Of a stretch of 64,000 nucleotides of DNA, positions 1-9,236 are shown piece by piece. Source of the DNA: a virus; IMG/VR virus record IMGVR_UViG_3300032397_000006, positions 1 to 64,000 of that record; one strand, given 5' to 3'. A program made the position numbers and the translations under genes. Under the pieces are notes generated by a model that saw nothing but the letters and a program-made list of their open reading frames with translations, was not told where the DNA came from and did not search any database. The first letter of the stretch is position 1. Each line of letters starts with the position of its first letter.

Positions 1-1907
1 GTTGCGCTCGCCTTAGCTGAGCGCCCCATCGAAATCCCACCGATCGACGCCGCGGGTTTAGCCGCACGCCCCATCGCGATATCGCCTACTGCGGCGCTCG
101 GTCTGCCGATTTCTGCAGCGGGCTTTCCGTATTTTATCCCCATGCCTGGCAGCGCTGTAGGCTCGCCCGCCGTGACAGTAAGGCCCTCGGCCTCTCGTTG
201 TCCCACAATGCGAATACCCTCCCGCATCAGCACGTCAGGATTTACCTCTGGTGCAGGCCCCGAAGGCTCCGGCAGTACAGCACGCAATATATCTTTAGCC
301 GACTGCCCGAAGCCCTGATCCATGCCTTGCTGCCAGGCATCGCCGAGCGCTTCCAGCCCTAGCGCGTCCCCTACGGTGTTCAGGCCCTCGGCGACCGCTT
401 GCCGAGCCTTACCCTTGCCGCCTTTCGCCCGCATGATTGCTTCCGCCGCTTCCATCGCGGCTTTTACGCCTTTCGCAGTTTCAGGCGCGATGCGCACGGA
501 CAGGTCCAGCTCTTTATTCTGCAGGTCTTGCACGATCCCCGCGACCTGCCCGCCGCCCTTTGCCCTTCGCAGCGCAAGGCCAGCCTCATGTCGCGCCGTA
601 CCGCTGACTGCGCCAAACCCGGCGCGGCGCCCCTCGAGTGCGCCCAGCACGTCTTTCACAGGGGATCCGGTATCCTCGAATTCCCTGCTTACCAGGCGCT
701 GCACGTCTACTTGTTGGATGCCGGGCGCGAACACTTGCGCGAGCCCGCGCACTGCGTTGATGTCTCCGCCACCTCCGCGCACGATCAGATCCGTGATCGA
801 ACGAATGAAGGCGCTACTCCGGCTTTGCGCGATCTCGATCAGGCTCGAGATGTCCTCTGACAGCCCTTGCTCCCGCGCTACCACGCGAGCCGCTTCCATC
901 GCCATCGTGGCGCCTATGCCGCCCGCGCCTGGCCCCGTGACAGCCTGCGCGGCACCTTCCCCGATGGTTTGCGCCATCCGCAGCGCGTTTTCACCTCGGA
1001 AATTCATGGCGCTGAAACCGCGCGTGAGCTCGTTTACGGAATCGACTGAAAAGTCGATCCCCTGACTACGCACGTGCTCCACCCAGCTCGAAACGGTTTG
1101 TAGATGCTGATCGAGCCGTGTTTCTTGAATGCCTGCGGTAATACCCGCGCTAACGGATTCAAGCATGAGCTGCGCGGGATTTTCTACGCGCCCACCGCCT
1201 GTCATCTGCGCGCCCACCACAGAACCTGCGCCGCGCACACCGAGTATTTTCTCAAGCTCGAGCTGCGGCTTAAATGCCGCTCCCAGCGCTCCACCCTTAA
1301 GCCCACTGCGCGCAGCAAGCTCCGCCATCATGCCCGGCGCCTCGGAAGGATCTACGCCGTAGCCGGCAGCAAGGCCCGCCATTGAATCCGTGCGCCCCGT
1401 AGCACCGTAAGATCTCGACAGCGCCCCGCGCACCTGCGCAAACGATTGGTAGAGCGTCTGCAGCGCGCCCACCATGGGGCCTAGGGCAGGGCCTGCCACG
1501 GGGACCGCGCCTGCGAGGCTTTGTGCGAGTCCGCTCGGCTGTGAGGCTTGCCCGAGCGCGCCCACGCCTCGACTAAACGCGTTGCCTACGACGGTGCCGG
1601 AAAATGAGCCAACGGCGGTAGGCCAGAAACCGCCACCCTGCCCGCCTTGCTGTGCACCGCTACCTACGCGCCCGCCTTGCTGTCCACCGCCACTGCCGCC
1701 ACCTCCGTGCCCGCCCGCGCCACCCAGCTTCTGCACTTTCGCGGTCTGCGCGGCGAGCTGCGTAAGGGAGCGCGTCATTCGCTCGATCGACTTTTCGAAC
1801 GCGTCGATCGTCTTAGGATCGAACGCGCGTGAAATGTCCTCGCCCGCATTCTTGATATCCGCCGCGTCGACTTCGATCGATACGACTGTTCGGTGGCGCG
1901 TTTCCAT
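1..1907 (-). CDS. Tape measure protein, N-terminal part (runs off the left edge)
   Basis: Not in the ORF track because it has no stop in the window. ATG at 1907 (METRHRTVVSIEVDAADIKNAG...); the frame is open where I translated it (5' end and positions 1-60). Ala/Gly-rich, directly after the tail chaperones. Confidence 0.8.
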   Translation of the reverse strand, partial: METRHRTVVSIEVDAADIKNAGEDISRAFDPKTIDAFEKSIERMTRSLTQLAAQTAKVQKLGGAGGHGGGGSGGGQQGGRVGSGAQQGGQGGGFWPTAVGSFSGTVVGNAFSRGVGALGQASQPSGLAQSLAGAVPVAGPALGPMVGALQTLYQSFAQVRGALSRSYGATGRTDSMAGLAAGYGVDPSEAPGMMAELAARSGLKGGALGAAFKPQLELEKILGVRGAGSVVGAQMTGGGRVENPAQLMLESVSAGITAGIQETRLDQHLQTVSSWVEHVRSQGIDFSVDSVNELTRGFSAMNFRGENALRMAQTIGEGAAQAVTGPGAGGIGATMAMEAARVVAREQGLSEDISSLIEIAQSRSSAFIRSITDLIVRGGGGDINAVRGLAQVFAPGIQQVDVQRLVSREFEDTGSPVKDVLGALEGRRAGFGAVSGTARHEAGLALRRAKGGGQVAGIVQDLQNKELDLSVRIAPETAKGVKAAMEAAEAIMRAKGGKGKARQAVAEGLNTVGDALGLEALGDAWQQGMDQGFGQSAKDILRAVLPEPSGPAPEVNPDVLMREGIRIVGQREAEGLTVTAGEPTALPGMGIKYGKPAAEIGRPSAAVGDIAMGRAAKPAASIGGISMGRSAKASA

Positions 1908-1911
1908 GGGC

Positions 1912-2224
1912 CTATCCTACCTGATTCGCGGGATCGTACTCGGCGAGCTCCATGGCATCCCAGATCGGATCTCCGGTCAGCGCGGGGCCTTCCTGCGGCA
2001 AGCGTGTGGCTTCACCGCCGCGCCGAAGATCCTCGAGCGCTTCCACCGCGAGCACTTGCTCAATCGCCTCTCGCAGATTCAGAGATAAGAACCTTTGATC
2101 GTTGGGCGGAAGCTGGAATGTCTTCGCCCATAGCCACGACACCCGCTGAATCGCTTCCGCGTTTGTTTTCGGCGTCTGAATCACCCGCGAGATCTGCAGG
2201 AGTGTTCTTGTCTGTGCGGTGAAA
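1912..2224 (-). CDS. Tail assembly chaperone, frameshift-extension (GT-type) segment
   Basis: Overlaps the 3' end of 2060..2596 in the +1 frame; WLWAKTFQLPPNDQRFLSL resembles the second chaperone segment of SPO1/Twort-like phages; ends 4 nt before the tape measure ATG. Confidence 0.6.
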
Positions 2225-2596
2225 TCGACGCTCGTATTTGATCGCCTCCGCATACAGCGCGCTTACAGGCGACGCGTCGTAAAGCTCAAATGGTCGAAAC
2301 CACGTAGGCATATTCTTTTTCTGAATCGTGACCTCGAGAAAGCAGCACTGCTCGACAAGCAGCGCGGCATTCGGATCAGCTGCCGATCCTTGCGGGAGGT
2401 ACGCCGACTTAAGCCTACCGATGTCGATCTGCTCTCCGATCGTAGGCACCTTGAATACGAACGATCCTTGGTAGCGCTTGCCGCGTGAGCCTACGACATC
2501 GATCGAAAGCGTCGTTATTGGAGGTAAATCCTCCACTTCTTTTTCGTCGGCAGCAGAGCTCCACTGTCTCCGCAGTTCATCCGGACTAGCTGGCAT
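2060..2596 (-). CDS. Tail assembly chaperone (G-type)
   Basis: 178 aa between tail tube and tape measure; YQGSFVFKVPTIGEQIDIG...PTWF pattern. Confidence 0.7.
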   Translation of the reverse strand: MPASPDELRRQWSSAADEKEVEDLPPITTLSIDVVGSRGKRYQGSFVFKVPTIGEQIDIGRLKSAYLPQGSAADPNAALLVEQCCFLEVTIQKKNMPTWFRPFELYDASPVSALYAEAIKYERRFHRTDKNTPADLAGDSDAENKRGSDSAGVVAMGEDIPASAQRSKVLISESARGD

Positions 2597-2613
2597 TGCG
2601 TCCCCACAAATGC

Positions 2614-2641
2614 AAAAGGGCGCCCCCTCGTGAGGCGCCCC
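2614..2641 (-). terminator. Rho-independent terminator after the tail tube gene
   Basis: Minus strand GGGGCGCCTCACGAGGGGGCGCCC followed by TTTT. Confidence 0.6.
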
Positions 2642-2661
2642 TGCACAGTAGCAGAAACAGA

Positions 2662-3090
2662 TCAGCCCTTAGACTCGTCCTTGATCCGGATCGCCACGAA
2701 TTCGCACTGCGACATGACCACGCCCTTGGCCTGCACCTGCACGCGGTGACTCGTGCAACGCACGTTCTGAATATCCGCGAGGATCTTACCCGTCACGCGA
2801 TCCTCGATCGAGCCAGTCAGCTCCTCGTAACTGAGGATGTTCTCGAGCGAAGGCATGATCACTACGCCGTCGCGTCTCTTGATCGGACTCATGATCAACC
2901 GGACCATTTCCGCGCTCAGCGTCACGCGGTAGGCCACGGGCACATTTTCCGCGACCTCAAATTGATCGAGCACCTCTATCGGAGCGTGCTCGATCTCCTC
3001 ACCGTAAGACACGCCTGTTGCGTACATGACAGGCGTCGGCCCGAGCTTAAACAGCGCGCGCGCCCCTGTGAGAACCATCCCTCTAGCCAT
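2662..3090 (-). CDS. Tail tube protein
   Basis: 142 aa immediately downstream of the sheath; size and beta-rich pattern fit SPO1/Twort-like tubes. Confidence 0.8.
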   Translation of the reverse strand: MARGMVLTGARALFKLGPTPVMYATGVSYGEEIEHAPIEVLDQFEVAENVPVAYRVTLSAEMVRLIMSPIKRRDGVVIMPSLENILSYEELTGSIEDRVTGKILADIQNVRCTSHRVQVQAKGVVMSQCEFVAIRIKDESKG

Positions 3091-3142
3091 CGGATAAACC
3101 CCTCAAGCGTGCGCGCAGTCAGCGGCCCGCCCCCTTTGCTGT

Positions 3143-5398
3143 TTAGGCGGACACGTTTGAAGCCGTCACGTGGATCGTGATAGGCACGAAGTTGATCGGA
3201 TTCACGGGCGCGACTTCCACGCTCACCGGGTAGACGTCGCCGATCGTCTCGACCGTCATATTGCGCCACGCGACAATGGTCTCGTCGCGCACTTGGTTGT
3301 CGAGCTCCGCGCCGCCCTTTACCTGCAGGCTTCCCGCCGCGCCAGAAAGGCCGCGCTTGCCCACGAACTTCTCGAGCGAGCTGCGAAGGTTGTACGCGCA
3401 GGTGTTAAGCGACTCGTTCGACGACATCTCGACGAACACCAAATTGTCGTCGGCGAGGTACGTCGTGATCGAGCGGATCCAACGAATGCCCACGCCGTCT
3501 ACGCGCTCGAGCATCATAAGGCCCGCGTCGATCAGTTCAGACGCGTTGTCCGCAACCGTCCACGACGAGTCGTTCCGGATGTTTGTCATCGTCGGGACCT
3601 TGTGAGTCAGCGGCTCGCCGATCGCACTGCCCGCCTGCATGCCGGCAGCAATGACAGCTGCCATCCATGGCGGGTAGAACGTCGCAAGCCCCGTGTCGGG
3701 ATCGAAGCGCTGCACCTCTTGCGAGATCGCGCAGAGGTGGCGACTTGAGATCGCAAGGATCTGCGATTTGATATTCGCCTTCGTTTCGCCCGCGCCGCCC
3801 GCGGTACCGATGCCGACGTAGCCGTTTGCTTCGCTTCGAAGCGCGCCCGCGCGAGCCACCAAGTGTTCAAGCAGTAGGACATGCACTGCCGGATTCTCCG
3901 TGCAGACCACAATAATGTTTACGCGCCGAGCTTTGAGCGCAGTGAATGCAGCTTGCCAGTGCGTGATGTTTGGTTCGCCCTCGCTGCCCCCTGACAGGAA
4001 CGTGGCTGCGATGTTCGCGGGCGGTAGCGGTGCGTTCGTGGCGCGCGTAGCCGTGACGTAGGCGCTGAGCGAATTGAGTGCGTCCACTGCATCCATGAGC
4101 CCGCGCAGAAAGTTGTACGTCGAGATCACGGTTTGACTCGTGACGTAATCGAGGTCTGCCACAAGGTCTGTGGTCCCTGACGACGTGAGCACCGAGGCAG
4201 TAAAGCCACTCAGTGCATTGAGTCGATCGGCGAGCTTCCGGATCGTCGGGTAGCTCGCATGGGTGTGATTTACCGCGTCCACCGTGACAGTGATTGTCCT
4301 GGCCGCAGCAACATCGCCTAGGGCGATGACCTGAAGTTGGCTAAACGCTGTTGCGCCCGCCTGCGAAGCGACGCTCGTGAAATTGAAGCGCTCGCCCACG
4401 GCAGCGCCCGTCGAGCTCCTACCGAACACGGCCACGTCGACCGCAGCAAGCGTGTCGATCGCGATCGTGGTCAGCGCGCCAGCAGCCCAGGCATTCGTGA
4501 GCTTCGAAATACCGCGCGTGGTCTGGCCCGTGGTGAGCGTGAATAGCGTGGTGGGCAGCACCTGATCGCTGACCGTGACCGTACCAAGCGCAGTCGCGCT
4601 CATTTCGGTACCGAGCACCTTACTGAACGACTGCGAACCGTTGACGTCCGAGGTGCCATTCAAGGTGAGCGTTTCCTGTACCGCGCTCGTACCGCTGAGG
4701 CCGTAGATCGTCACGCGCTGCGTGGTGTCCCCTGCGTTGCTCGACTTGATACGCACGGGCCCCGTTGCGGGAATGTTCGCCGTGCGCTCTGTCGTGAGCC
4801 CCGTAACTGCCTTGGTGGACACGATCTTGAACAGCGTCGCGTTCAAGGTAGCGAGCGCTGTCGAGTAGCCGTTCGAACCCGGAGCGAAGATCAGCGAAAG
4901 GCTCGAGCTCCCTCCGACGTCATCGAAAAGCTCGGTCTTGTCCTCGAAAACGACCGTGAGTTTCTTACCCTGATTTGTGCCGTTGGCGACGGCGACATTG
5001 ATCTGGTTGTTGAAAAGCCCGTAGTCGCGGCTCAGCAGATTCATGCTGTTGGCCGAATTGACGTCGAGCAGCACCGCGCTTGCCTGCGTGGCGGGATTCA
5101 CCTTGATCGGTACGATCCTCTGCGCGCCACCGGGGACCGCTTCGTCGGCGGACGGCTGAAAACAGAACTGCGATGCCGTGCGCAGCGTCCCCGAGCGGTA
5201 CCGTTGAAGTGCGGCATTCGGACTCGTCAGATCGTAAGTGTCAGAAGCGTCCAGGGGCTTTCCGCCCTCGGCCGTTCCGATCAGCGCCACGATTCCGACA
5301 GCTGCGGGACTGGTAGAGGCAAGGGCGCTCGCGTCGATCTTGCTGACCGCCTGCGGGATATTGATCCGCCGCCCGTTGAAAAAAATCGAAGTCGCCAT
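3143..5398 (-). CDS. Contractile tail sheath protein
   Basis: 751 aa; N-terminal VALIGTAEGGKP, FLSGGSEG, EPLTHK and C-terminal PVNPINFVPITIHV are sheath-type motifs. Confidence 0.9.
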   Translation of the reverse strand: MATSIFFNGRRINIPQAVSKIDASALASTSPAAVGIVALIGTAEGGKPLDASDTYDLTSPNAALQRYRSGTLRTASQFCFQPSADEAVPGGAQRIVPIKVNPATQASAVLLDVNSANSMNLLSRDYGLFNNQINVAVANGTNQGKKLTVVFEDKTELFDDVGGSSSLSLIFAPGSNGYSTALATLNATLFKIVSTKAVTGLTTERTANIPATGPVRIKSSNAGDTTQRVTIYGLSGTSAVQETLTLNGTSDVNGSQSFSKVLGTEMSATALGTVTVSDQVLPTTLFTLTTGQTTRGISKLTNAWAAGALTTIAIDTLAAVDVAVFGRSSTGAAVGERFNFTSVASQAGATAFSQLQVIALGDVAAARTITVTVDAVNHTHASYPTIRKLADRLNALSGFTASVLTSSGTTDLVADLDYVTSQTVISTYNFLRGLMDAVDALNSLSAYVTATRATNAPLPPANIAATFLSGGSEGEPNITHWQAAFTALKARRVNIIVVCTENPAVHVLLLEHLVARAGALRSEANGYVGIGTAGGAGETKANIKSQILAISSRHLCAISQEVQRFDPDTGLATFYPPWMAAVIAAGMQAGSAIGEPLTHKVPTMTNIRNDSSWTVADNASELIDAGLMMLERVDGVGIRWIRSITTYLADDNLVFVEMSSNESLNTCAYNLRSSLEKFVGKRGLSGAAGSLQVKGGAELDNQVRDETIVAWRNMTVETIGDVYPVSVEVAPVNPINFVPITIHVTASNVSA

Positions 5399-5416
5399 TT
5401 TTCGTTACCTTCCGGA

Positions 5417-5698
5417 TCAACGCGGTGCAGACTTGAATTCCTGAAAGAGCTGCGCCCACTGCGCATCAGTAAGCTTGCGAGTCCCGTGGACGCGCTCCTC
5501 GCACGAAATGAAGGCCTTCGCGATCGGATCGTGCAGGCTTCCACTGCAGAAGGTTCTCACGGTGCTGTTCGGCTCGTCTACCACGAGCGCAGGAACAGGC
5601 GCGGGCAGCAATGTTTCAGCGTCCACCTGGAAGGTCTGATCAGCGGAGCTGTCCTCGACAGCCTCCGCATCGTCGCGTTTTGCTTTCGCCATGCTCAA
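5417..5698 (-). CDS. Small hypothetical protein upstream of the sheath
   Basis: 93 aa, coupled to the upstream gene; SPO1/Twort-like phages have a small gene in this position. Confidence 0.6.
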   Translation of the reverse strand: MSMAKAKRDDAEAVEDSSADQTFQVDAETLLPAPVPALVVDEPNSTVRTFCSGSLHDPIAKAFISCEERVHGTRKLTDAQWAQLFQEFKSAPR

Positions 5699-6462
5699 TC
5701 GCTCCCCTTCGCAGGATCGAATGTAGCTACGCCCCCGCGCAGTCCATCCACTACCACGTCGTTCACGAAGACTCTAGTTGTGAAGTTCGCGGGATCGCGC
5801 ACCCATTCAGGAACTGTCACGAGGGTTTTCCCGCTAATGCGCACGGTGCGCACGAACATATTTTCAGGCAGTAACTCCGGATTCGGTACGAGCTCTGTGC
5901 CTGAGAATGACGCATCCAGAAAACCATTCTGCACGAGTTCTCGTCGCGCACCGACAAGAATCATCTTCGCGATCTGATACAGGTGCGCGCAGACGTCCGG
6001 GTGCTCCGCGTAAATCCACACGCCATAGGTACAGTCGAAAAACACGCCTCGATACTCTGCGACATTCGCGACGTCGCCCTCGTCCTCAGTCGTGGCGCCG
6101 ATCAGATCCCCGATCATCGTTTCGGATTGCTGCTCGGCCTCGAGCACGATCGCAAGGCAGGGCATTTCGGCCCCTGTGCGGGGATAACCAAGAGTCACGC
6201 GCGGAGGATGCGCAACCAAGTAATCGAGGATGCGATCGCTTTCATCCTTGCCGATCGCGCCATGAAAGAAATGCGTAAAGTAGGCTTCTGCCCGTTCGCG
6301 ATTTGTCGAGAGCAACTCGAATTCTGCGCTGAGCAAATTCAGAATCATGCGCTCGATCAGAATCGAATTGGTGTGAGCCTCTGCTAGGCCTACGTAGTCC
6401 TGCGGCGTGCTGTTTAATAGCGCTTGCCCTATGCGGGTAAGGATCAGATTTTTACGGCTCAT
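5695..6462 (-). CDS. Putative tail terminator / neck protein
   Basis: Start moved to ATG 6462 (MSRKNL); VTLGYPR...PCLAIVLEAE motif; position in the neck cluster. Confidence 0.5.
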   Translation of the reverse strand: MSRKNLILTRIGQALLNSTPQDYVGLAEAHTNSILIERMILNLLSAEFELLSTNRERAEAYFTHFFHGAIGKDESDRILDYLVAHPPRVTLGYPRTGAEMPCLAIVLEAEQQSETMIGDLIGATTEDEGDVANVAEYRGVFFDCTYGVWIYAEHPDVCAHLYQIAKMILVGARRELVQNGFLDASFSGTELVPNPELLPENMFVRTVRISGKTLVTVPEWVRDPANFTTRVFVNDVVVDGLRGGVATFDPAKGSD

Positions 6463-7252
6463 CGGTATTGATCGCTTTCCACACCGCACGACTCAGCAGC
6501 GACGATAACTCGACCTGCACCTTAGGCCCGAGATTGCGCGCCACAATTCCGCCGTGCATCCAGCTGCGCGGATCGTCAGGCGGCTTTGACGAGATCGTTC
6601 GAAATGTCTGGTACGTCGTCGAGCTTGCACCGCTCGGGTAGTGCGTGACGCGCTTAACCATGCTCGTGTAAATGCTCGTCTTGTGCCACGGCTGCAGCAG
6701 ACGGCTTAGCGTTTCCTTCGTGTCCTTACGCAATCCACGTTGGTGTGGCGAAAGTCTCCCGCCCCACGACGTGTGCCGTGTCATGCGTCCGGCCGAGTGT
6801 GTCGTCGCTACGGAAAGTGTGGGCGCGAGATTCTTGGCTACACGGTAGATCTCCGGAGGCATAGCGTTGCCTACGTTGCGCCCCCCTGTACCGGGTGTTC
6901 CATGTCGAAAAGGGACCGCTAGGTAGCGACTGCCGTCCGCTGCAGTTTTCGCCTTCGGACTCTTGAGCATCCAGCCGCGCATGTCGCCGCCTGGCCACCC
7001 GTTCTCAATCATGTTTGGCAGTAGCCCCGTGAGGACAACTTCCTCGCGTTTCGGGTAATGATCGAGCTGCAGTGCCCCGATATAGTCGCGCGACGTGCTG
7101 TGTAGCGTATTCTGCGCGAGCTTTACCCACGCCGCGTAAGCGGCTGCGCCGAGGCCGCGCAGGATCTGATCCGCTTCTTTCTGCGTAGGCACGCCGAGCG
7201 CTACTGCAGCGGCGACCGCTGAAATATCAATGCGCAGCGTGGTCACGATCAA
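6452..7252 (-). CDS. Putative neck / tail completion protein
   Basis: 266 aa, basic; RYLAVPFRH and YQTFRTIS...SW motifs as in SPO1/Twort-like neck genes. Confidence 0.55.
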   Translation of the reverse strand: MIVTTLRIDISAVAAAVALGVPTQKEADQILRGLGAAAYAAWVKLAQNTLHSTSRDYIGALQLDHYPKREEVVLTGLLPNMIENGWPGGDMRGWMLKSPKAKTAADGSRYLAVPFRHGTPGTGGRNVGNAMPPEIYRVAKNLAPTLSVATTHSAGRMTRHTSWGGRLSPHQRGLRKDTKETLSRLLQPWHKTSIYTSMVKRVTHYPSGASSTTYQTFRTISSKPPDDPRSWMHGGIVARNLGPKVQVELSSLLSRAVWKAINTDEP

Positions 7253-8139
7253 ACTTCCCAGGTGCTAGGCAGCGGCTTATTCACGTCGATCAAGTAGTCT
7301 AGCCGCATGATCGCGTGGAGCGGAAGGGCGATCGATTTATTCGCAGTCGTCTTTCGTCCGGACACGTCGTCACGCCAAGCGTGCGGAAAAGTCTCGACGA
7401 TATACACGGGTCGAAATTCGTACCTGATGCTGAGCACCGTGCCATTCGGCACGAGCGCTTGCCCGATCACCGTCCACTGCAGCCAACCATCCTTTGTTAG
7501 CTCGAAATGCGTGCCTTGAATAACGGGTACGAATTTGTCGATGCCATTTGAGAAAATAGCGTGCACCACATTCGCCACACGATAACGACAGGAGTCGTGT
7601 CCAGCCGGCAGCTTCGCGCGGATCCCTCGCCGATTGTTTTTCGTGATCAGCTCGTCGAACACCATCACGCTATCGCGGAGCTCGATCGAATCGCGATGCC
7701 CTAGCCGGTGCTGAGGCGCAACCGTGATCTGGGCCTGCCCGCTCATCCAAGATCCCGCTTTTTCGTAGAGGTTCATGCTCTTGTCAGACATGAGCACGAC
7801 ACCTTGGATCTGAATTGGATCGATGTAGTAAAAGCCGGATCCGTCGCACGTGTCGCACGCGAAATCGGTCTGTCCTGTGGCCTGCGCTTGGCAGGGACAG
7901 AGCAGCGCTTTACGCCAAACCACATACTTACCGTGCTGCCCGATCAGACGTGTGAATTCTTCGTCGCGGAAATCCGCGCGTGTCTTCTTGAGGTTTTGAC
8001 CAGGGCTCGGATCAAGGTGAGCCTCACCGTCTACGCTCGTAAGCGCGAGCGAAACCGGAGAATAAGCATTGCGCGTAGGGCTTTCCCGCGGCGTGTAGCT
8101 CTTACCGTTAGAGTCGATCTTCGGGCCTTTGATAGTCAT
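7249..8139 (-). CDS. Putative head closure / neck protein with Zn-binding motif
   Basis: WRKALLCPC...CDTCDGSGF motif; position after the adaptor. Confidence 0.6.
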   Translation of the reverse strand: MTIKGPKIDSNGKSYTPRESPTRNAYSPVSLALTSVDGEAHLDPSPGQNLKKTRADFRDEEFTRLIGQHGKYVVWRKALLCPCQAQATGQTDFACDTCDGSGFYYIDPIQIQGVVLMSDKSMNLYEKAGSWMSGQAQITVAPQHRLGHRDSIELRDSVMVFDELITKNNRRGIRAKLPAGHDSCRYRVANVVHAIFSNGIDKFVPVIQGTHFELTKDGWLQWTVIGQALVPNGTVLSIRYEFRPVYIVETFPHAWRDDVSGRKTTANKSIALPLHAIMRLDYLIDVNKPLPSTWEV

Positions 8140-8140
8140 A

Positions 8141-9226
8141 TTAGGCGACGGCCATGGCGCCAGTACGCTTGTAGAAGGCTCTCAAGCGAGGTACCTGCGC
8201 CTTTATCTGCTTTTCATATTGTAAAATTCTGCTGCCATAGCCAGCGTTCGTGGCGCTGCTCGTTGTGCCTATACTTTGTGAAAGCCCGTCCATGGACAGC
8301 GAGAAGTTCGCGATACCGGCGCCTGCGATCAAGTCACCGAAGATGTTGAACGGCCCGAGCGACGCGAGCATCCCGATAATCTCGAGGATATCGCGCGGCA
8401 CTTTACCTTCCTCAAATCCCGCCGTGTAGGTCAGCTCGTAAAGCTGCGGGAAAAAGGTGCGCCCGAGGTAGTAAGTGCTCAGGAACAGGTTGCCGCTCTG
8501 CCCGATCAGTACCTCGCTGAGGTTGCCGCTACCGGGCACAAGCTGCACGTGTCCGGCGTCGTTATCGACGCGCAGCCAGCTCGTTGGGTATTCCACCAAG
8601 CTCTGCGTGTTCTCGTATTTCACCGCGAATTTCTCGACGCTGATCACCGGGTAGTAATCAAGAGGGAAAAACGAATATGACGCCTGATCTTGACGGTAAT
8701 AGTCGTGACGCTCTGCGTAGCGCGTCGGCAAAATCGGCACGTCGATCCAGCGCTCGAGCATGCGGATCGCTGCAATGATGTAGTGCTGAAAAACACCGTC
8801 GCCTAGTGTCTCGCCTATGTCGTTCGTAAGGTTGACGCCGAAGAAATAGCGCGCCTTCAATTCGTCCACAGTCAGGATGCTGCGGATTGCGAGGCCTGCG
8901 CCCTCTACAGGGGGCCCTGCCTGCGAAACCGTATCAAGGGCCGAGTTGTAGTAGCGCGTCCGGTACAGGTACGATTCGGCGCCGTGCCCGTCCGCCCATT
9001 TATAAGAAAACACGTTGCGCTCGAGTGCGGGACGCTCGCTAGGCAGCGTGACCTCTGTGTACGTGAGACCTCCATCTGCGGAGCGCTCTACGCGCAGTCG
9101 ATCGAAGCCCGCAGCGAGCACATCGTTAATCGCGTCATCCGTAACCGAAATCTGAATGACGGTACCGAGCGCCTTCGAGCCAACAAAAGGCACCGCATTT
9201 TCGGCGAGGTCGATCGGGAATTGCAT
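8141..9226 (-). CDS. Putative head-tail adaptor
   Basis: LTVDELKARYFFGV, YTAGF and GAGIANFSLSMDGLSQSIGTTSSA...YG motifs typical of SPO1/Twort-like connector proteins. Confidence 0.65.
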   Translation of the reverse strand: MQFPIDLAENAVPFVGSKALGTVIQISVTDDAINDVLAAGFDRLRVERSADGGLTYTEVTLPSERPALERNVFSYKWADGHGAESYLYRTRYYNSALDTVSQAGPPVEGAGLAIRSILTVDELKARYFFGVNLTNDIGETLGDGVFQHYIIAAIRMLERWIDVPILPTRYAERHDYYRQDQASYSFFPLDYYPVISVEKFAVKYENTQSLVEYPTSWLRVDNDAGHVQLVPGSGNLSEVLIGQSGNLFLSTYYLGRTFFPQLYELTYTAGFEEGKVPRDILEIIGMLASLGPFNIFGDLIAGAGIANFSLSMDGLSQSIGTTSSATNAGYGSRILQYEKQIKAQVPRLRAFYKRTGAMAVA

Positions 9227-9236
9227 AGCTCTGAGC

